DNA of 64,000 bases from Eledone cirrhosa (lineage: Eukaryota): positions 102,114,001 to 102,178,000 of the forward strand of contig OZ024745.1 of the NCBI GenBank assembly GCA_964016885.1, read 5' to 3'. The position numbers were made by a program, and so were the translations under genes. How positions within the stretch are numbered: the stretch's first letter is position 1; every line of letters begins with the position of its first letter. Below, piece after piece: positions 61,681 to 64,000 of this stretch. The notes below the pieces were generated by a model that worked only from the letters and a program-made list of their open reading frames with translations, was not told the DNA's origin and made no database searches.

Positions 61681-61722
61681 GCACCTACGTACGTTTCGCC
61701 CGAAAAGGGCTTCTCAAGGGCA
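61681..61722 (-). ncRNA. PLE pLTR minimal hammerhead, U3:A8 variant
   Basis: GCCC-TTGAGAA-GCCC ttttc GGGC-GAAA-CGTACG-TA/GGTGC; GUA triplet. Confidence 0.72.
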
Positions 61723-62032
61723 TAGAAAACTACAGAGTGTTCAGTACAGGACCCAGAAGGGGTTTTAAAGTGATACATACATCAAAGTTCATTCTTAGTT
61801 CAAACATACACATTGTTATTGTCACAGAGTAAAGGGAGTAACTCTGGCAGGTGTTTGAATAATTGTCCCCATTGTACCCGTTTGCATGATGGTGGTTTTC
61901 CATGACTAATTTGTGGGTGCTACTTTACCATTGTCAATTCAGGCAGGGTCTGAGATGCATAGTTGGTGTACAGATGTTTATTTGCACAGCCTACCCACCG
62001 GGGTGTTTCAGTTTGGTGCAAGGGGACCCAGT

Positions 62033-62470
62033 TTATGGTTTTCCGGTCTCAGTCGATTTCCACACAAAGAAAGACTGCTGTATTCTGTGTCTGCAGTTTA
62101 TCACGGATTCTGCTCTGCTGTTGATGAGCTCGAGGGGTGCTCTTATGATATGGTAAAGTTCCATGAGGCAGAGCTCGCATTTCCTCCTGAAGTTGTATGG
62201 TGCTATCCTGCTGACAATTTCCCAGTGTGTGGAGAAGCTGATGTTGGAGTCTTTTAATGTTGTGATGTAATTGGCGAGTGACGTGGAGTGTCTTAGTTTC
62301 TTGTTTCTAAAAGAGTGGAGATGTGTTCGAAATCTAGTTTTCAACGGGCCAGAAGTGACCGCTATATAATGTTTAACGCTATTATGGCTAGTTATGATGC
62401 ACCTATAAATAACATTATCTGTCAGGCAACTTGCCCTAAGCGGGCACCTTCCCCGGTCCCGACAGTTGAA
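62033..62470 (-). pseudogene. GIY-YIG endonuclease remnant of a Nematis-like PLE
   Basis: NCRDRGRCPLRASCLTDNVIYRC...HYIAVT...KTRFRTHLHSFR...CELCLMELYHI...INSRAESVINCRHR. Confidence 0.85.
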
Positions 62471-62951
62471 TTTTCGGTCGCGGTCGCTCCTGGTGCCCGA
62501 AGTCAAGCTATTACTATTGCTATCTATGTTTTTATCCACGCCACCGCCTCTATTTCTGTAGTTAGTACTATTATATCCTATGGCGTGCGGGGTAGTACCA
62601 TTATTGCTCTGCACACCGCAGCGCCTTCTGCTGCTACCGTGTGACCCGTGCAGGTCACCAGCATATTCCCCAGTCTCACCACAGTTATGTCGGTTGCGTC
62701 TTTGATGTATGTATCACTTTAAAACCCCTTCTGGGTCCTGTACTAAACACTCTGTAGTTTTATATGCCCCTGAGAAGCCCTTTTCAGGCGTAACGTACAT
62801 AGGTGCTTTTATATAAACATATTCTGACAGTATATATTCTCCTTTGTAATCCTTTCATTTATATATATATATATCATATGAAATGTATGGATACATGTGT
62901 GTGAGTGTGTGCATATATATATTGTACACACTCACACATAGATACATAAAT

Positions 62952-63118
<167 letters not shown>

Positions 63119-63650
63119 TCATTCTGCTGCAACAACTAACAAGAAGATTCCTTCATATATTTCTTGTCAAATGTTCTGACTGCATTCTTTTGTTAAAATT
63201 TGCAAACTATGTTCTTCATATACAGTTACAAGATTAGAAGGGCATTTACTATTTTTCTTTTAGTTTTCATTTTACATTTTACATTTATCTTATTATTATC
63301 ATATGTCATTACAGTATAAAATTCTCATTTTTTCTTTCTTTTGGGGGGGTTTTTCATATTCTTATTATCATCATTATTCTAGCAACTTTTGAAGTAATGC
63401 AACACTGTATGTTGTATTATTTCTCAGTTCATGTTTCCATAGAAATGTGTAGAGTTAGAGTGATGGTAGCAGCACTGTTGCTATTGATGCAATATCTTAT
63501 TCCATTTCATTCGAATTTGGAAATTAGATGTGCTGGGGAAGATTGAAAATAAAGAATCCTATTCACTTTTTTTTCCTCCTGTGAGTATTAGGTTCAGCAT
63601 CATAATTCCAGTTCCACTCCTCTATAATGAAGTTTCATGAGAATGTGAAT

Positions 63651-63682
<32 letters not shown>

Positions 63683-64000
63683 TTATATAGTTTGAAAAAT
63701 GTTTCATACACTTAACATGTATGCGCTACCATTAGTTTTGGGGTCTAGTTATGCCCACCACTATATACTGGAGGAGGCTCTTCCAAACTGACCCCTCATT
63801 GGACATGCAGACAAATAAAACTTGGTCCACCAATATTCTTACAATGGGGCAGCTCATCTAACCCATGCTAGCGTGGAAAATGGACAATAAATGATGATGA
63901 TTATATATATATATATACATATAACCAATAACCTTTAGTATGTGACATAATTGGAAAATGGACATTGAATGATGATGATGATTCATCATCATTTTACGTC

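Larger units (their letters stand above)
61421..62860 (-). mobile_element. 5'-truncated PLE (Nematis-like GIY-YIG) with inverted pseudo-LTR 61627-61787 / 62700-62860
   Basis: 161-bp inverted repeat, TA flanks, endonuclease-only ORF remnant. Confidence 0.88.

Overview
AT-rich, microsatellite-laden eukaryotic DNA. The (TA)n/(TG)n tracts and SINE/RTE families look molluscan, probably Octopus-like (inference). It is almost entirely intronic or intergenic repeat DNA, with one plausible host exon (4374-4480, +). The centrepiece is a near-invariant 98-bp tandem array of about 128 copies (25318-37829) running directly into the 5' UTR of an intact RTE-clade LINE (1039-aa APE-RT ORF with a PHD-like finger inside the RT), possibly bounded by one short TSD. 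Also present: a decayed full-length Penelope-like element (PLE) with pseudo-LTRs and an extra upstream ORF; a 5'-truncated GIY-YIG PLE with inverted pLTR; several small TA-inserted fold-back or tandem elements carrying minimal hammerhead ribozymes (core-intact copies all on the minus strand, plus-strand copies broken); non-autonomous Helitrons; a deleted piggyBac with related MITEs; two head-to-head DD37D Tc1/mariner copies; and tRNA-derived SINEs, one family sharing its 3' tail with the LINE. All calls were made by eye from motifs; no searches or folding programs were run.
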